Assembly: GCA_964016885.1 (NCBI GenBank)
Contig: OZ024745.1
Span: forward strand, 75,826,001-75,890,000
DNA from: Eledone cirrhosa
Taxonomy: Eukaryota
Direction: 5' to 3'
Length of the DNA stretch: 64,000 nucleotides
Every line of letters starts with the position of its first letter. The first letter of the stretch is position 1. Below are positions 25,680 to 39,240 of this stretch, in pieces. A program made the translations under genes and the position numbers. The notes under the pieces are model-generated. The model was not told the origin of the DNA. It did not search any database and worked only from the letters and a program-made list of their open reading frames with translations.

Positions 25680-25899
25680 TTATGCTAAAGTCAAATTGGT
25701 TCTGAGATTAATAACTGTTAAAGATTTAGCAGGGGTCAACTTAAATACACCAATTTCATATAAGGACGATTTTGGATCAATCACTGTAGAATTTAGATCA
25801 TTGTTGACTTTGTCAGGCTGTGTATCAGCTTCTAAAACATCTTTCAACAGTAAGGCTGAACCAACTTTCAAGTTCAATAAAATACAAGCTTCTTTGATT
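25680..25899 (-). CDS. RINT1: RINT1 terminal coding exon 14
   Basis: ttttcag| IKEACILLNLKVGSALLLKDVL...LYEIGVFKLTPAKSLTVINLRTNLTLA*; the 14 exons sum to 2361 nt = 786 aa + stop. Confidence 0.95.
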
Positions 25900-26748
25900 C
25901 TGAAAATGGAAAGAAATTTAAAAATAATAAGCTGAGTAGCAAATATTGAAAATATACAACTAACACCAACAATAAAGCAGGAACTAGCTTGGGTTTTTCT
26001 TTCTATTTATCTAGAGAAAATATGTAAGATGCTTTTTTTCTTAAAAACTCTCTGTGGGTTCGTCAGGGTAGGTGATATTCAATCCTTTCAAATAACAATC
26101 ATCTACATTGCCTGGTGCTTGTCTTCAGTATTAAGTGGATGTGTGAAAATAATATCCACCTGGATATATTCTAAGCTAATACAGGTAGCTTTAGAGGAGA
26201 AATTGAACCTGGCATTGCAAGTTAAGAAACTCATTATATGAACAGTGCTAGCACTACTTGGAACAGTGAGTTGTTACTACTGTGTGGAACCTATTTACAG
26301 TTATGTAGTTTAACCTACTTGAAAGCTGGTCAACTATTCTGGTCACCAACACAAAGCAGTGCTGAGAATAGGATATGAAATGGTGACTTCTGGGCTAATT
26401 GTTCACTACCCTATCCCTTGTTACTACTTCTCTAAAATTCCCTTTTTATGTTAGTTATGGGGTCTCCTGCCAGTTGGTTTTGCCCATAAAATCTGTCCAG
26501 TGATTCTCATTAGTAAGCTAGTGTTTGGAACATGACTTAAAGATTTTTACATAAAATTATGATGGAAGATTTTTAGATAAATATAAACATTTAAAAATAA
26601 ATAGCTTGTATCATAGAACACAGGGTGGTTAGGAGATCTGTATTTTGACATGTTATTAATAACAGTTATCACTATTATTACCAACTTCAAAGGAGGTGCC
26701 TACATTTTGTTAGGTATCATTCTAAAAAAGCACATGGTTTATTTTTCA

Positions 26749-27006
<258 letters not shown>

Positions 27007-27021
27007 CTAATCTATATATAT

Positions 27022-27171
27022 CAGAGGTTCTTTAACTTTTTGGGCCCTCCCCCCTCATGGCCACATAATACCCCCCCCCCCCACCCTTTTTTCAGAGAGT
27101 CCTACCTACATGCAAATTGTAAATAATATAATATATACTATGTATAAATAAATATTATATATATGTTATTT

Positions 27172-27221
<50 letters not shown>

Positions 27222-27341
27222 CGTATCATTTGATATTTAATATATTATTATATCATCTCTACTGACCCCTTAGGCCTCAGCGCCCCCTGGACCTTCTCAA
27301 TGCCCCTCAGGGGGTGGTAGCGCCCACTTTGAGAACCTCTG
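27022..27341. mobile_element. hAT (Charlie-like) MITE
   Basis: cagaggttct...agaacctctg TIRs; 8-bp flanks atatatat / atatagat (one mismatch). Confidence 0.65.
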
Positions 27342-29215
27342 ATATAGATCAACAAATATTGTAACAAACATTTTAAGGTCATTTTCTCTGCTAAAGAAGA
27401 GTTTAGCCTTGTTAGCCCCAAGACAAGCTTCTCCATTTTGTCCCATCTACATATACCCTTCACAAGCCTATGGCTTTCATTTCGTTACAAATCATGTTGT
27501 TTAGCCATGTCTTTCTTGGTCTTCCTCTATTTCCTTCCACATTCCTCAACAACACATGACCCAATCATCTCATTCCAATTCTAATTCGCTTCACAACATT
27601 TATCACTGACTCTGTTCCCAACACCCTCAACAAATATTATTTGAATATTATTTTCCATGAAAATTTGACTGCTTGTAAACAACAATTCTAAAATCTGTTT
27701 TTGATGTTTGTAAATCACAGGTCTTTAATCTCATTAGAAATGTAATATCTTTATATGAAGAAACACATACAACTGTCCACCTCTATTTTATCTTCTACAA
27801 GCTTCTGAAACAAATACTACTGGTAACACTTCTAATACACAGCATGAAAATGGATTGTTAAATAGATGATGGGGATGATTATGATGACAGTGATAGTGAT
27901 AATGATGGTGAAAATAAGAAGTTAAACAATTAATATCTTTACAATAGATGGATGTGTAATGTTGGTATGCATGAATAACATAGTATAAGTGAGATAAGTT
28001 AAAAACTCGGCATGAGAAACTGGTGATAGAGTGCAAAAGAGAAGACTGCATTGGTATGGACAGATAACAGCAGTATAAAGAAGTGAAGAAACATTTCAGT
28101 GAGAAAGGACAGTTTCAAGAAGACATTGGATGGGGTAGTGAAGACTGACCTTAAAAAGCTGAAACACAGAATGGAGATGACAAAGAACTGCAACAATTGG
28201 AAACATGCTGTATTGGTGAAGACCTGTCTAGCAGCCTAAAACTTGACTTAACTCAACCACACCTCTTTACCCAGCCTCCCACTATCGCCCTTACCTGTTA
28301 GTAGTTAAACCTGACCCCATCGATATGCCCCTACCTCCCAATATCACCCCTATTAGCTATCCTCTTTATCATGCCCCCCCCCCACACACACACACACAAA
28401 CACATAGTAGCTATTCTCAGCATCACTGTACATGCCCCCCCCCCCCCACACCATTCACAGTCACCACCCAACATCCACTCTACTCTAAATCCCCACTCCT
28501 CCGCTCCATAACCCTGACTCACCAGTTATAGACCTTTGTAGCTGTTCTCACCACAGTACCTTCCAGCACTGGCAGAGGTCCCTATTCTCACTCACCACCC
28601 AAGACTTAATCAAATCCCTACACACTTGGCACTTGCTCATGACATACACTCCACCCCTGTCAATAGGATAATGAGAGCCCTTCCAACCTCTCTACTGCCA
28701 ATGCCTCGAAAAATGCACCCAGTACATTCTGTAAGATTGTTAGTGTTAGGAAAGGCACCCTGCTACAGAAACCATACTGAAAAGTCGAGTGGACGCTTTA
28801 GTTATATCAGGAGCATGACAACCTCCCTAGTGTTGGTCATCTACAAGATAAATGCATCCAGTACATTTGTAAAGTGGTTGGTGATAGAAAGGGCATCCAG
28901 TTGTAGAAAACCTGTCAAACAAAGGGTTGGAAAGACGTTTCAGCTATGTCGAAGATATGATTTCACTAGTGTCAGTGCCATGATGAAATACACTCAGTAG
29001 AGTGCAGGATCATATATCGGGCCCCGTGGCCCACCTGGTTGTCAGTGGTTCCATTTGAGTACTGTCTGGTTTGTGATGACATATCTAACCCTTGCTAGCA
29101 GGGAAAAATGGATGCTAAATGATGATCATGATGATAACATATAATCACAAATAGCCTTTAACATTATATGGCTCTCTTTTTCAAAATAGGTAGTAAATAG
29201 TAATAATAATCTTAC

Positions 29216-29402
29216 CTCATCAAATATGAATTTGTTTAATTTTTCAGCTAAACGTTGCCAGAATTGGTTGAACAGCGGTTTACTTATAAGACTTTCTATT
29301 GTTTGAAGGTGACTTTTCAGAATGAGAAACATTTCACATGCTGTAGCAGACAAACCTTGAACTCCTCCTTGAACATCTTGTTGTGAAGGTAATGTTATCC
29401 AT
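29216..29402 (-). CDS. RINT1: RINT1 coding exon 12
   Basis: ctacag| RWITLPSQQD...LSATACEMF...FWQRLAEKLNKFIFDE |GTAAGA; 187 nt, phase 2->0. Confidence 0.95.
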
Positions 29403-29889
29403 CTGTAGATAAATAAGAAATCTATGTCATATAGTGGCAAGCATAGCTGTATAGAGAAGGAGGAAAGTATCTTCAAACTGGAGAGCTGGCTTGAATGCTT
29501 GCAACAGAGGAGACTTTAATAAAAAAAAATAATCAACAGCTAGGTCTAAAGTCTGTCTTAAGCCCTTTAAGCCTCATTAGGCCAGTGTTTATCCCAGTTT
29601 TATGGTATGGAGCAACTGAGAATACAAGACTTCCCCCTGGACAGGATGCCAGTCCATCGCAGGGTTAAACCCCCAGCTATTGCCAGTACTCATCTACAGC
29701 TGAGTATTCTGAAACAACATGAAATGAAGTGTTTTGCTCAAGAACATATCACACAACCCAGCCTGGGAATCGAACCCACGACATTATGATCATAAGTCCA
29801 ACACTCTTACCATTAGGCCATGTGCCTCCACAGCTGCGTGGTTGTGTTAAACTGGGCAAGGGTTTAAGTTTCCCACACAAATAGCTAAG

Positions 29890-30830
29890 GAAGGATGTGG
29901 TCAACATGATCTGAATCATGCCAGATAGTGAGATTGATGCATTCAACATCAACACAGGAATTCTCCAAGGTGACCCTCTCACCCCATTCTTGTTCATCAT
30001 CTGTCTAGACTATGCATTATGTACTTAGATCACTGACACCAATGGCCTGACACTGAGACATCATAGTCACTGTCATCCTGCCAAAATTATAGCTGATCTT
30101 GACTACACTGATGACATTGTGCTTTTTGAAAATATGATTGAAGCTGCACAGGATTTCATCAGAGTTGAGAAAGCATCTAGGGTGTTGATCAGTTTCTGAA
30201 TGCACCAAAGATGAAGTACACACACTTGATTCCTCTGGCAATGAACACCTGTATGCATCAGATGGCTATGGTATTTTAAACTTGTGATTTCAAGTATCTG
30301 GGTGGTTACACTGATTCTGGCCGTGACATAGATGTCAGAATTGTTCAGTTGTGGAGTGTGCTTCACTCATTGCAGAGGATGTGGATGGTGGCCATCCACA
30401 AAGACACAAAAATAAGGGTGCTTATGGTTTGTGTAGAAACAATCTTTTCAGAGTCGTGGACATTGAATGCTGTCACCACAAAGGACTTGATGGCACATAC
30501 ACTAAAATGCTACACTTGGCATACAACATCTCCTGGAGATGTCATCCAAAAAACAAGTCTCTGTATACATTCCTGCCTCACATCTCTGATGTTGCAAGGC
30601 ATTGTCATCTGGCCCTTGTCAGCCATGACACTCACTATGATGAACCCTCTGGACTGTGGAGACAAGTTGGCTGGCCGTATATTACCTTCAATCAATCATT
30701 GAGACAGACACAGCCCTCAAAGGAATGGATCTGCATGCTGCAATGGTCGATCGTGGACTCGGGAGCTCAAACTTTGCTAATGCTTCACCACCACCACAAG
30801 GCATCAGATGACTCAACAACAACAACATTA
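29890..30830 (+). mobile_element. RTE/RTEX-like LINE RT relic
   Basis: TGILQGDPLTPFLFIICLDY, LDYTDDI, DFKYLG, LDGTYTKMLHLAYNISW. Confidence 0.85.
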
Positions 30831-31268
30831 TTATATTTCTAATGAAAGGCATTGCTTGTGATTTGCAAATTTTGAAAATAATCAAGAATTTGGAGGCTCT
30901 AATCCTTTTGTTATCATATTTTACACTGCCTATGGTTTTCCAATAATTTGGAAAATATTCAAGGATTCAGATAGGTTTAGTAATATACCTATGCATTAAG
31001 TTGGTATTAGAATCATAACCTAACACAGGCTCTTACATAAAATTATGATGGAATGTATTTAGATAAATATAAACACTTTAAAATAAGGTTTTGTATCATA
31101 GAACAATGGGCACTTTCAGGTGGTTTGATATCAAAAGGGTCAATAATATAACTAACTTTCTCATTATTTATCTGGTGCTTTTTAGTATAACTTAAAGGTT
31201 CTTACATAAAATATGATGGGATATTTTTAGAAACATGGGTGGTTTGGTATAAAAACATTTGTTCTTAC

Positions 31269-31426
31269 CTGTCTTTGCGGTATGGTTGACTCCGAGCCTT
31301 CACATCAGTAAAAACGTATGTAATAACAGTCTTCAGCATGTCACTTTTAAGCCTCTCAAACAAATCAATCATATCATCAAAAACAGTCTCTTCCAAAGAA
31401 ATTAAAAAGTGAGACTCTAGTATAGC
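31269..31426 (-). CDS. RINT1: RINT1 coding exon 11
   Basis: aaacag| AILESHFLISLEETVFDDMIDLFERLKSDML...RSQPYRKD AG|GTAAGA; 158 nt, phase 0->2. Confidence 0.92.
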
Positions 31427-33882
31427 CTGTTTTGAAGAAAAAAAAAACAAGTTTCTAACAAGGTTACAAATTTTGGAGGGTGGGTATAGTCAAATAAATC
31501 AACTCCAATACAGTCAAACCTCGGTTATCTGAACATCAATTATCAAAACAAGATCTCAAAGTCCTATAAATATGTGTGTAACTCAAACTTGAGAATAATA
31601 TTATTGAGCTGAGGTTAGCTTTGCCTTTCATCTTTATGGGGTTGATAAAATAAAGCACCAGTAATGCACTGGGATCGATTTAATAGACTTTCCCCTCCCC
31701 CAAAATTGTTGGCCTTGTGCCTAAATTAAAAACCAATATTAGTGCTACCATTTCATCTTTTGTTTACAGTGATTAAAAGGGAATTCGACATCCTGAAGAA
31801 CACGTGAAAACGTTACTCACTATAGTTTCTCGACATAGTGAGTAAGAATATTTATCTGTTGCTGTGCTTTCACAAACATTAGATAAAGTAACTCATAGAT
31901 ACACACAAAATTTATTGATTTTTCAGGCAAATTTAATACTGAACTAATAATCCATGATATACACATTGCAGTCACTCCAAGTCCAAATACCTATGGGCAA
32001 ATCTTATGCTATTGTTGGTGTTGTTCAGCTCTAAGTAAGCTCTAATCAAGCAAACCTATAATTATTTATAAAGGGTTGTTTAGCTCTAATCAAGCAGGCC
32101 TATAATCAAAGGTTTTGCCATTCCATCTATTTTTATGTAAGACTACATTGCCCAATATATTTTTGATTTGAGAGATTTAGATGGTTGTTATTTCTAGCAG
32201 ATGAAGCAGCCACATAGAAGCTCCCTTTGACTAAAGGAAATCGTTATTGTTGGTGCTATTATTGAGGTTAGTACTAATAGGTATTAAAAATAAATTTCTT
32301 CTGATTAGGTATAATTGTTTCTACTTTTGGCACAAGGCCAGCAATTACACAGTACATTACTGGTACTTTATTTTATCGACCCCGTAAGGATGAAAGGCAA
32401 AGTTAACTTCGGCGCGATTTGAACTCAGAATGGCAAGGGGCGTAACTCTATACGTCAAAGCATAGTGTCCGACCCTCTACCGATACTGCCAATCCACCGG
32501 TATAATGTTAGTTTTGTAGTGGTGGAGGATCATCATCACCATTTAACATCTATTTTTCCACACTAGCATGGGTTAGACTGGTTGTCATGTTATGAGACAA
32601 GCCAGGTCAGATGATCATATCTTGCTCATATAGATCAATTTCAGCTTGGTTTTTATGGCTGGATGCCCTTCTTAATGGCCACCGTTAGTGTAGATTGGGT
32701 GAATTTTATTTTGGCACTAAAATGACCATCTAACAGAGTCGACTGGGTGCTTTTTCATCATGTTAACAACACACCCACCTTACAGGGTGGACTGGGTGCT
32801 TTTTTCCTAGTGTCATGGCCTCCTTCTCTTACTGGAATTTTATTAGGCATAGAGGACGGGCAGGCAAGGTTAACAACGATGGTTATATGGATGCAGAACA
32901 ATGGGATATTAAATCTTGGATATTCTAGGGTCGCAACACTTTTGACTGAGCTACTTTACATAAAATTATGAAGGAGCTTGTATGCAGGTGCTTGACATGC
33001 AATAAATAGCAGTCAGATATTCCTCAAATCACATACTACACTTTTAAGAAAAAAAGGGCATACTGGATAATTTAGTCCTAGATATATTGTGCCTGTAACA
33101 CCTTTGATAATAAGTCTGCTTAATCAGGAATAATCTGAGGCTAATCAACAACAGCAATAACTGTATCATTACTTTTACCACAAATACTATTTAGAGGACT
33201 TTTGTTATTTCACTGGTGTTTACAGGGCTTTTGAGAGAACATTACAATATATATCCTATATCATATAGTCAGAGCTAGATCTTAGGAATAATATTCCATT
33301 TAATCTTAAGGAATACAATTGAATTTAAGATCTAATGTCCATCATGACCACAAAAAATTTGCATGACTCACTATAATTTCCATTTCTTTCTAAATATCAT
33401 CTTACTGTGTTGCTGATTTTATGTTTTTCAACCACTATATTTAATTACAATACAGCAACCAACAAGCTTTTTAAGGTTATTTCCTCTGCTAATGGAAGGA
33501 AAATAGCCTTGAGGGCTCCAAGACAGGTTTCATACTCTTCATGGCATCGTTTTTATAGTCAGATACCCTTTTTGGTAAAACCCTTTTTGTCGCATCTTAC
33601 AACCTGCAGGAATATGCTGTACCTATTCTAAACAAGATACACACAAATTTTATAATTTTTACAAAGGATGTTATCACTGTATCTGGTCATTGAAAAATGT
33701 TTTATAAAAGATACTGTTATAAGTAACATATTGTTATAAAAATATCCTTTATAAAAAAAATCATTCCTCACCTCAAAAAAGCAAAGAAAAAGGTCCTATG
33801 TTGTGTTTATAAGCCATTATTGAAATCAACTTGTGTGCACACTAACATAAAATATATATCATAGTATATCATAGATAACTAC

Positions 33883-34032
33883 CTTATTATCGGTCATAGA
33901 ACAATCTATAGTTATATTGTAGTCGGTAAAAGAAGGGTTACTGGTTGTCATGGTTGGTGGGTCATCCAAACGTTTAACAATTTCATCTTCTTTGTCATAT
34001 TCACTTTTGAAAAACTGTAACTGCAAGAAGAA
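33883..34032 (-). CDS. RINT1: RINT1 coding exon 10 (not in ORF track)
   Basis: ttctttag| FFLQLQFFKSEYDKEDEIVKRLDDPPTMTTSNPSFTDYNITIDCSMTDNK |GTAGTT; 150 nt, phase 0->0; donor less certain than acceptor. Confidence 0.8.
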
Positions 34033-35514
34033 CTAAAGAAAAAAAAATAGAAACAAATACATTTGAAAGTGTTTTCAATATAGAATTGAAATAAAGGTTT
34101 AGTTTTTCAAAGAAATTAATGAAAAGAGAATACTCTAAAATACTTTGGCTACATTAAAAGTATACAATATTTTTTATCAAAATGTTATTATTAACAGTTA
34201 TGTTCTTTTCATCTTTTCATTACCATATTTCCAATGAAAGACACAGCCTATGGTTTTCAAATAAATTTGAAACAATGAAGAATTTGGTTTAGTTATATAA
34301 TCAACATATTCATTATTGAGTTGGTTTTTAAAGCATAGCATAAGAAATGTTTTTAAATAAAATTATGATGAAAGTTTTTTTAGATAAATATAAACACTTT
34401 AAAACAAAAAGTTTCGTATTGTGGAATCAGGGGCAATTTCGGGGGATTTGATATGATAAGGGTTAAATCAACATTTGGTAACTCTTTGACTTACATTGTT
34501 GTAAAAATAAAGAACCTAAGTAGCATTATGACATTCATAACATTCAAGAAAAACAATGTTGTAGCATCATATATTTGTCACTGGAAAATACATAAAAACT
34601 AAACTATGGGGAAAAAAGATTAGAAGCTGTGGTCAAAGTGACAGAAGGGAGATAACTGTATTAGTATATGTATGTGATAGGATTGTCTGAGGTTTGTTGT
34701 GGTAAAAATATATACGTATATACCATAAGTCAATATGTAAAAAGGGAGTAGGCCTAAACTCCATACGATGTACACAAGAGATGTAGTGAGATAACGAGTA
34801 AACTAAACAGGGAAGGGAAGACTTTGTTTGAAGAGGATGCACAAGGGTAACCGAAGGGACGATAAACCAGTAATGTAAACCTGTTCGAGTCACAGGAAGG
34901 ACCCATAGAAGTGGTTATCATGACAAAAGATGTGTTGACAAAAAAAAAAAAAAAAATTGTAAAATGAGATAAGTTTGTGTCCTTCAGAGAGGTGTCCAGG
35001 ATCTCAAAACCCACAAATTTAACTAACTTTACGATTTTTATTATTAGCATGATAACTCAGTAATGTAGAGTAATGTTAATAATTTCAGGGTCCAATAATA
35101 CTGTATCCAGTAAAAATAATTTAAAGCTTTTTGTGACCATATGTCTAATGAAATACACTACCTGTGCATTTGAATATTTTTTCAAATAATCAGGAATTTA
35201 GAATGGTTTAATAAAATAAGATCCCAATTATTAAGCTGTTGCTTGGAACATAACTTAACAGAAGGTTCTTATAACTTCAAGAGCAAGGTTAGATTTAAAT
35301 AATACATTTTAAAATGAAGAGTTTTGTAACATAAAACTAGAGGCAGTTTCCTCTGGGTTGGTATCAAAAGGGTTAAACTGATATCAATGTTCAAATAATG
35401 TCACATGCATTTTTCTGTGTGTGTGTGTGTGTGGTGATAATGATGATGGTGTGTGTGTGTGTGTGTGAAGGAGAGAGGGGGAGAGAGAGAAATATAGTAT
35501 ACACCAACACTTAC

Positions 35515-35714
35515 AATTAACTCACTCCATTCCTGAAGAACCTCCACAATATAAGAAGCAGTGTTAAGAATTGAACAATACTGCTGATCAAGAACATTTT
35601 GTGCTTCTTGTTTCATTACTTGAACAAGACGTGTTCGAAAATCTTCAAGAAGCTCCTGTTGGAGAGCAAGAAACCTAAGTTTATGCTGAGGTTGTGGTAA
35701 ATGCTTGTAGCGAT
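35515..35714 (-). CDS. RINT1: RINT1 coding exon 9
   Basis: caccag| DRYKHLPQPQHKLRFLALQQELLEDFRTRL...VEVLQEWSELI |GTAAGT; 200 nt, phase 1->0. Confidence 0.95.
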
Positions 35715-37322
35715 CTGGTGAGGAAGAAAAGTGAGCCAATATTCAGTCATTTGAAGGTAGATTTTTGATAAAGAGTTTTATCATAAAATTATTACAAATT
35801 ATTCATTTTCTTAATGCTTTCATTAACATATTTCTAAAGAAAGACACTGTCTATATATAATTTTCTAATGATTTTGAAAATACTCCAAAATTTGAAGAGA
35901 TTTATTAACATAAGTAACTTTCATTGGCAGTATCGGTAGAGGGTTGGACGCCATGCTTTCTAGCATAGTTACGTCCCTTGACGGTCTGAGTTCAAATCCC
36001 GTCGAGGTTAACTTTGCCTTTCATCCTTACGGGGTAGATAAAATAAAGTACCAGTAATGTACTGGGTAATTGCTGGCCTTGTGCCAAAAGTAGAAACAAT
36101 AAATTAACATGAATGTGGGCAGTGAATTGGCAGAATCATTAGAGTGTTGGAGAAAATGCTTTGCGGCATTTATTCCGGCTCTTTACGTTGTGAGTTCAAT
36201 TCCCACCAAGGTTTACTTAGCCTTTCATCCTTTCTGAGTTCATAAAATAAAACTCCCGTAATGCACTGGGGTCAATTTAATTGACTTTCCCTTCCCCCAA
36301 AATTGTTGACCTAGTGCCTAAATCAGAAACCATTATTAACATGAATGTTTGGAACATCACAAAATTTCTACTGTAAAATTATGAACAAAGTTTTTTTTAG
36401 ATAAATATAAATATTTTTAAATAAACAGCTTTGTATTGTAGAACAATGGACAGTTTCATGTGGTTTGGTATCAAAAGTGTTAATATGGTAACCAAAAATT
36501 AAATCTCTATATGACATGTGGTTGGTAGAATCGGTAGAGCATCAGACAAAATACCACAAGATAGTTGAATAGGTCCCTTTACATTCTTAGTTCGAATTCT
36601 GCTCTAATTCACTTTGTTTTTCATCCTTCCACAGTGGACGAATGGGGGGGGGGGGGGGGGATCAATGTAATTGACTGCAACCTAGGTGAGGCCGTAGCAT
36701 AGCCACAGGCTAATGATTAAAGCCATTAAAGAAAAAAAAGATTAAAAGAAGGAGTGGGAGTCGGATGCTTGTCCTCTCAAAGAAGCCTGCACAGTGCACT
36801 CTACATGTAAATGGAGTTCCACTGAAGCAGGTGGAGAAGTTCAAGTATCTCAGGGCTGCGTTCACGAGCAATGGAAGGCAAGAATTGCAGGAGCTGGTGC
36901 AGTAATGCAGTAATGTGCTAGCTTCAGCATTCGGTAATCAGAAGAAGGGAAGTAGATGTAAAAGACAAACTCACTATCTTCAATTCGGTATTCGTGCTAA
37001 CCCATACCTATGATCAAGAATCTTGGGTAATGACCGATAGAATACGATCGTGAATACAACCAGCCAAAATGGGGTTCCTTGGAAGGGTCTTTGGAGTAGT
37101 ATTACTCGATAGAGTGGATAGCTCGGAGATCAGAGAGTCACTCCAAGTAGAGTCGCTACTTCTCCAAATTGAGAGATCACAGCTCTGATACTATGGGCAT
37201 GTGGTTGGATAACATAGAGATACTATGGACAAGATGGTTGGATAACATAGAGAAATGAGATAATAGGGCATCAAATGAATTAGTATGGTAAGGGAACAAT
37301 GTGTAATAAAATTACTTCTTAC

Positions 37323-37460
37323 CTGTAATAGTTTGCATTAATGTCATAAAGCTTTCTCCACATTCAGGTACCTTTAATTCATCAACATCAGCAATGTCTC
37401 TATATTGTGATAGCCATGCTGTTGATGATGACATCATGGCATCAACTTTTTCCATCGCAT
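37323..37460 (-). CDS. RINT1: RINT1 coding exon 8 (not in ORF track)
   Basis: YAMEKVDAMMSSSTAWLSQYRDIADVDELKVPECGESFMTLMQTIT G|GTAAGA; 138 nt, phase 1->1. Confidence 0.93.
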
Positions 37461-37599
37461 CTATTTATGTGAAGAAGATTTCAAATGAGTTATTCTGAAT
37501 TGCTACTTTCTGTTTTCAAATAAACAAATAATTTAGAATATACAAAAAAAAAAAACATGCAATTTTTTGCTACTCAATGTTGTTAATGTGGGTATGGTG

Positions 37600-37850
37600 T
37601 GGTGTGTGGTGTGTGGTGTGCAGTGACCGGAGGCTGGGAGTGGTCGACCGGAAGAGTGCTTGACTGGAAGGGTGCTTGGCCGGAAGGGTGCTCGACCGGA
37701 AGAGCCAGCAGGTCTGTCTCTCTCTAGAGTGGTCAGCGAACGTGGTGGACGTCAGTCTTGGAGCTCCCGGTTAACGAGTTGGATTGTACGCACGTGGGAG
37801 AGGAGAAATCAGCCATTGGATTAGCGGTGCCAGCGAAAGCGGTAAGTGAA
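37600..37850 (+). promoter_or_regulatory. CpG-rich promoter-like island antisense within RINT1 intron 7
   Basis: Four 16-bp units with (C/T)GGAAG cores, GACGTCA, CACGTG, ATTGG, and a G|GTAAGT donor at 37842. Confidence 0.4.
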
Positions 37851-38033
37851 GTAGCTTTTTCTAACCACAGTTAAATCATCAACATTTCTACTAGAATGAC
37901 AACTTGGTCAATAGAGATTTTAATGAGTCAAGGACTGAAATTTGCTGATACGAAATATATGCTGTGTGAGGGTAAATGATGTTTCAGTCACATAGATCAA
38001 CTGTGAGAGATTTTAAATATATATAAAACTTAC

Positions 38034-38259
38034 AGCGTTTTTCAACAACCAGCCATTTTTCAAATACTTCTTCCTGAGACAAGATATGCAATGCTCCTGG
38101 CTGGTTTGGTGGGTAAGCATAGTTAGTCCGCAATTCTCTATCAAACAGGAGAGCTTCATCAATGAGGTGCGTGAAGAGGTGCTCATCATACATTATAAAA
38201 GGTAAATCAGCAGTCATTTTCTCAAGGACCAATTCAACTAAACCTCGCATTAATTCAAC
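38034..38259 (-). CDS. RINT1: RINT1 coding exon 7
   Basis: tttcag| VELMRGLVELVLEK...HLIDEALLFDRELR...FEKWLVVEKR T|GTAAGT; 226 nt, phase 0->1. Confidence 0.95.
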
Positions 38260-38731
38260 CTGAAATAACGGAATTAAGATTTTTTAAATTAACAGTCAAA
38301 ATAACATTTGGAATTATTATGTTAAGAATGTTAGGGCTTTAAGAAAATGGCAGAAGTGAACAAGTTTTTGTGTAAAAATAAAATTAAATCTAAACTTTAC
38401 TTTCATTTGAATATCAATACTGTAGATATCAGCTGAGAATGCAATATCTTAAATTTGAAAAAAAAGGTTATATTTATATATAAATTTTATGTAAGAATGT
38501 CTGAATATAAGACAAAAACTTTATTTCAGAAAAGTATTCTTTCAATTGCCAATCTTTATATAAACGAATTTCCAGCTGAATTTTTATATTATTTTGATAC
38601 AGTGAATAAAAAAATTTTAATAAAGATTTTAAATGGACTACATAGGTTTTCTTTTTTTTCTTGCAAGGATTGGAAAATTTATGAAAATAATCTTTTTTTC
38701 TTTTAAGAGAGTTAAAAAATTGTGCGCATAC

Positions 38732-38839
38732 TCGAGCAACTAAATTTGATTCTTCATCTAATAGTGGTTGGATTGTCTGTTCTAAGAAATCACAGTGATC
38801 TCGTATCCATGCTAACACCTGAGTGAAGTACCATTCTGG
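38732..38839 (-). CDS. RINT1: RINT1 coding exon 6
   Basis: ttttag| PEWYFTQVLAWIRDHCDFLEQTIQPLLDEESNLVAR |GTATGC; completes the conserved KPEW motif; 108 nt. Confidence 0.95.
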
Positions 38840-38989
38840 CTAAAAATGGGAAATAATAAAATAAAAGAAAATATATCATTAACATTTTTGTTACCAGCTT
38901 ATAGTCTTTCATTTAAAAACTGAAAATTTTAATCAAATACAACTTATCAAATGTTAAGAATAAATAGTATGGGAAAGAAGACTCCAACT

Positions 38990-39240
38990 AGGACCCTATC
39001 CTGCCAAGCTCCTCCACAAGATAGAAACGTCAGTAGCCTATCTAAGGAAGGAGCCCTGTAACGTGGGGTGGCTGTTGCAGCGGTTGTCGCTGGCCATTGT
39101 CTGTGGGAATGCTTTTGCGGCCTTGTCCGTGGGGTGCAGCCCCAACACCACCGCGCCGAAGGCATAGAGCTCGTCCCCCTCCCCTCTCTCATTCTTCAGT
39201 GACCCTAGAGCCCTTGTCATTTCCTTCCTCTTCCGGTTTC
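38990..39240 (+). mobile_element. CRE-like retrotransposon 3' end
   Basis: GC-rich insert encoding LLHKI...GWLLQRLSLAIVCGNAFAAL, the C-terminal QRLSLA...GNA motif. Confidence 0.65.

Noticed and set aside
28240-28630. Proline/His-rich ORFs
   Set aside because: Low-complexity C-rich and (CA)n sequence following a LINE end; no splice or homology support.
31785-31820. Minimal hammerhead CTGAAGA acacgt GAAAacgtTA
   Set aside because: Stem II is too short and no stem I pairing exists.
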